A stretch of DNA of 22,572 nucleotides, from assembly GCF_000143415.4 (NCBI RefSeq), contig NW_003314325.1, positions 1 through 22,572 of the forward strand, written 5' to 3'. Shown piece by piece: positions 18,469 to 22,572 of the stretch; position 1 is the stretch's first letter, and every line of letters starts with the position of its first letter. Made by a program: the position numbers and the translations under genes. The notes beneath the pieces were generated by a model that was not told where the DNA came from, did not search any database, and saw nothing but the letters and a program-made list of their open reading frames with translations. This stretch comes from Selaginella moellendorffii (Eukaryota > Plantae > Lycopodiophyta).

Positions 18469-21400
18469 ATGGAAGCTCTCAATGGCGTCAAGAAGAGGCA
18501 TTTCAGGGTAGAGGGTTTCCAGTGGCCCTTCTCGCGCGTGGCTATGGAGTGGAGGCCTGGCGCCGGCACCGCCAAGCGCAAGAAGATCTCCAGCGACATC
18601 AATGTCGCCACTCCTCCTCCTCCTCCTTTACTTCCTCACCCTTCCTCACTCCTCTCCCTCCGGCAGCTCAATCACTCACCACCACCGCACGATCCAAACT
18701 TTCTCCGCGCGCTCCAGGCCAATGCTCTTCGGACAATGTCGGTGAATGGGAAGGGCTTCCTATCGAATCCTTGGTCGAACAGGGCAGCTTGGTCCAGGGT
18801 CCAGAGCACGCTCGGGTCGAAGAAGGATCACGGTGGGGATTTGATGAACAAGAAGAGGCAGCTGGAGCTGTGGGACTTGGCGGGGTTCTCTCGTGAGAAG
18901 TTAAAGCTTCTCAATGAGATTGAGGTGCTCATCGACTCGGAGGAGAATGCTTTGAACATGGAAGCTTCTGCTAAGGTTGGTCGAAGGCTCCTTCTTTCTT
19001 GAGTTTAGACCATCGTTTTATTTCTTCTTTCTTCTTTATAGGCCGCGGAAGGACGTCTTCGAAGCTTGCTGGATATCTGCGTATGCTCTCAATGCCAGGA
19101 GAATATAGAGAACAGGATAGCTCTACAAAGCGTGAGAACCAAAGGTTTGGACGATGGCAAGGTTATTTCAGCAAGAACGAATGTAGCGACTGCAAAGCAA
19201 GAGGATCAGACAGCACCAGCGCTGGAAGGTCCCAAAACCACGAAGGTGACACTTAGATATAGTTTTCTAGGTCGGAAGTATTGATTTGGTTGCGTGTTCT
19301 CAGCTTCCAGAATCTCTCGAAAAGGAAAGAGAGAAGGAGAGGCGCTTCTTTCTTGGAAATGTGAAAGAAGCCATGGAGCGTGACCGGGTTGCGCTTGACA
19401 ACTTTCTGCAGAAGCAGAGGCTCAAGCATGAAGTGTCTAAGCAGAAACTTGGCGAGGTGAAGGGGAGCTTTCTTGGGAAGTATCTGAGCTTTCTTGACAA
19501 CTCACTGGACGATGCTCTCCAAAAGGACGATTTAAGCGACAAGCACGACCAGGTTTTCAAGTCTTTTACGTGTTGCTTTATTTGATCTCGAGGTCTCACT
19601 TTAGATTTCCTGTGTTAGGATTCAGAAGGTTTGGAGGATCCTTCCAAACTTCGCAAGGATCAAACTCCTGAGCTGGAACGATCTTCTGAAAAGTCCGATG
19701 ATCGTACCGAAGAATCTATTACAACTAGAGAAGCTGGAAGAAAACCTGCAGACGTTTCGCTTAGCACAGACGCGAAAAAGCTTCACGAGACAATTCACAA
19801 GCTGCTGGACAAGAACAAGCAGCTCCAGGAGATGCTCTCCGGGCGACAAAACTCGCACGATCATCAAAGACAGAACGTTAACGGGCTGGAGCACATTACA
19901 AAGCTGGAGATTTCTTGCAGCTGCAAGAGTCCGTGGGAGATGAGGCCCCCGAGAATTTTCAACTTCACCAGAAAGACGACGTCGAGAGTGTTGCAAACTT
20001 CTGGAGAGCTTGATATTGGGAGTCTTGAGGAAACTGCAGGGACAAGAACAGGCTACGAGGGGTTTCCTCAAGGCTACTCGTACCTCTACGTCTCTCCAGC
20101 TTTCGAGGCAGAAAATGTCGACCCGAACACGCAAACTCGTGACGAAGATCGCTCTGCTAGTAAACACGTTGTGACGAATCCCGTGAAGCTTCACAAGCTA
20201 AAGCAAGAACAGGAGGTGACGCACAGCCAGGAACAGAACTTTTGTCCAAAGGTACCTGAGTTCTTTGATGAAACTTAGCCGGTCTTTCAATCTTTTGTTA
20301 TTTTACTCCAGTTCAAGCTCTCGTCACTGCCGGCGTTATGCAGCAGCTTCACACAAACAACATGTGATTCCAGAGGTTTGAAGCAGCTTGATTTACAACA
20401 GCCGAAAGTTCGTCCCCAGTTAGAAGAGAGTAAAGCGAAAACTGATGAACATTCACTAGTAGAAAGACAAGACAAAGCTGTCGACGCTGGAGACTCGAGT
20501 GATGAAACTGATGTTTCTAGCGCAATGCTTATAGACGTCATCAGGTAATGCTTGCTCAATAGCGTTACTCGTTCTAAACTGTTTGTACTTCAGGAACTGG
20601 AGGATGCAAGCTTTAGTACCGAAAGATTTGCTGGAAAACAAAGACTCGTGTACTCAGACTGCTGTAAGCTTGACCGAGGTTGGACAAATCACAGAGGGAA
20701 AGCCTGTTGTCGAGAAATTCACACAAGGTGGAGGAAAATCTTTCGTCTTCATTTTTCACCTTAGCTGACGAAACTACTTGTTAATTACTAGGAGATGCTT
20801 TGCTAGAAATCTCACTTCTGTGCCAAGAAGAAGAGAATAAACTGAAAGCTTTGGAGGAACTTGATGTCAAGGACTCTCACAACAATCTATCAGAAACCAC
20901 GGAAAGCTTTTCCAGTGACGAGCTCATTGAGGTAATGAATCTAGTTTCTTTTCCTCTTCTTTTCATTTACAGAAGTACTTACAGGTGACGACTCAACTTT
21001 CCGAAAGCGTCGAGGGCGTTGCGAGAGATCGGTCAACCGAACAACTGGAGGCTGCGTTCAAGAGAAAAGTAAGTTTCTTTTGAAGATCCTGAAGTAGAAA
21101 GGAAGCCTAGCTAATGTGGTCACTTTAGTCCAGGAAGAGGATCTTGAGAACATAGTTCACATGTTGAGCTCCAAACTGGTGGAAAGCCAAGATAAAGCTG
21201 ATGCGCTAGAGAAATCTCTCGCAGAGAAGAGCTTCAAGGTGGAAGAGATGCTCGAGGCCTTGAAGACTTTTCAAGCCGAGGAATCCCAGGACAGCTGCAA
21301 AAGGATTGCAGCACTGGAGCAAGCTTTAGCCGAGAAAAGCTTTAGCATGGACCAGATGTCTCGGGCCTTGGCCACTGCGAATTCCTACGCCGAGCAGCTG

Positions 21401-22572
21401 CGAAAAGATTTCGAAGAAGCATTCGATGATACACTGAGGAAAGAACTTGCGACTAGCCAAGACACTATCTCAAACTTAGTGGAAGAAGCGGCCGAAAAGG
21501 ACGTAAAACTCGAAGAGATGAAGCTGGAAATGGAGGCCATTCAGAACCTAAAGTCCGCTTCCGATGTGAGTCGCACTGGATTGGAAGCGAAGGTATCAGA
21601 AGAAAGACACAACGTAAGTCATCGCAGAACTTTTTCTCTATCTCTCCATCAGAGCTTTTGTTGATCGCTACTTGTTGCATCTTTGCAGGCGAGGGAGGCG
21701 TACGCGAGCTTGGAGTCTGTGAAAAGTGAGCTTTCGAATTGCCAAGCCAAGGCACGGACGATGGAAGAAGCTGTTGCACAGAGAAACGCCACCGTGCAAA
21801 GGCTGGAGCTTCGACTCAAGGAGATGGAGAATTCTCAGTCCGTGTTTGAGAAATCCCAGGCCATGCTAACCAGGCAGCTGGAGGGTGCTAGAAACAGTGT
21901 AAGTCCAACTTCTGGATCACCTTGCAAAAAAACTCTTTGTTCTCTTGCAGGTGAAAGAGATGGTACAAATTCTAGGAACCGAGCGGCTTAGCAACACCGA
22001 AAAATACGTGTCTCTTGAGGAAGCCTTGAATGCCAAAAGCACGAAGATCAAAGAGCTGGAGCTCAAGGCACAGGAAATGCAGAAGCTCAAGTCTGCGATG
22101 GAGCTGGAGATGAAGAATGCAACAGAGAATGTTAGCTTGCTCTCTGATCGAAGCCAAAGTTGTAAGTGATTCTCAGTTCATGTTCTAACTGTTTTTTATT
22201 TTGTCTCCGCAGGCGAAGAGCTTGCATGCCACACTGAACACCGTCAAGCGTGACCTCTCCAGAGCCGATCACAAAACAGTGGCGATGGAGCAGTCTCTCG
22301 CGGCAAAGGACGCAAAGCTACAACAGTTGCAAGACCAGGTGGTGGCTCTCGAGTTTGAGAACTTCCAGCTGCGAGGCCAGTCGAGAGCGGCCGAGAAGCA
22401 GTCCAGCGATCACAGGCGCCAGTTCGAAGACCTGGTTGCCATCAACGAGGAGCTTCTCAGCTTTTCTCAAGGAAAAGAGAACGAGGTATGGCGCTAGTGC
22501 GCTTGTTTCACTCGCTAGAAAGCTGGCGCTTTGTTTCTCGTTCCAGCTGCTTGCATGCCGGAAGAAAATGGC
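18469..22572 (+). CDS. Large coiled-coil protein of unknown function (>1100 aa, 13+ exons, 3' end outside window)
   Basis: Exons 18469-18975, 19042-19245, 19304-19552, 19619-20251, 20312-20544, 20594-20727, 20792-20931, 20985-21068, 21134-21613, 21689-21898, 21951-22130, 22213-22485 and 22547->. All introns are GT-AG, 49-82 bp, with compatible phases giving one open frame of about 1117 codons. The C-terminal half is E/K/L/A heptad-rich; the N-terminus has basic clusters KKRHFR and KRKK and a poly-Pro tract. Confidence 0.88.

Larger units (their letters stand above)
11592..19701. repeat. Segmental duplication, copy B
   Basis: Near-identical to 1030-8014. It has an extra module copy, retains more exonuclease sequence, and has a 58-bp PPR deletion at about 15753. 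Confidence 0.97.

Noticed and set aside
1030-19701. Helitron or Pack-MULE/CACTA call for the mosaic of gene fragments
   Set aside because: I could not identify convincing termini (TC...GC-rich hairpin-CTRR, long TIRs or TSDs). Local segmental duplication with deletion explains the colinear order more simply.
19622-22157. Minus-strand ORFs 19622-20194, 20287-20559, 21465-21779 and 21972-22157
   Set aside because: These are antisense shadows of coiled-coil gene exons.

Overview
Eukaryotic land-plant nuclear DNA. The 49-82 bp introns, PLS-class PPR sequence and very compact gene spacing suggest a lycophyte such as Selaginella (inference). Most of the window is a recent, imperfect tandem segmental duplication: copy A is about 1030-8014, copy B about 11592-19701, with more decayed partial third copies at 1-1031, 8814-9569 and 9931-10601. 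Each unit contains: a palindrome-dense AT-rich repeat; an intronless AT-rich ORF with two retropepsin-like (Ty3/gypsy-type aspartic protease) domains and no gag or RT; an intron-containing module of unknown identity; a frameshifted PLS-E PPR pseudogene; remnants of an organellar 5'-3' exonuclease gene (OEX2/At1g34380-like); a two-exon 61-64 aa basic ORF that the ORF track does not show as a spliced product; a divergent promoter with twin DRE+ABRE motifs; and the 5' end of a large coiled-coil gene. Only copy B continues into an intact coiled-coil gene (13+ exons, >1100 aa) that runs off the window end. The best candidate for something new is the stand-alone tandem two-lobed retropepsin family and its AT-rich palindromic flank. 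All family assignments come from motif recognition; no searches were run.
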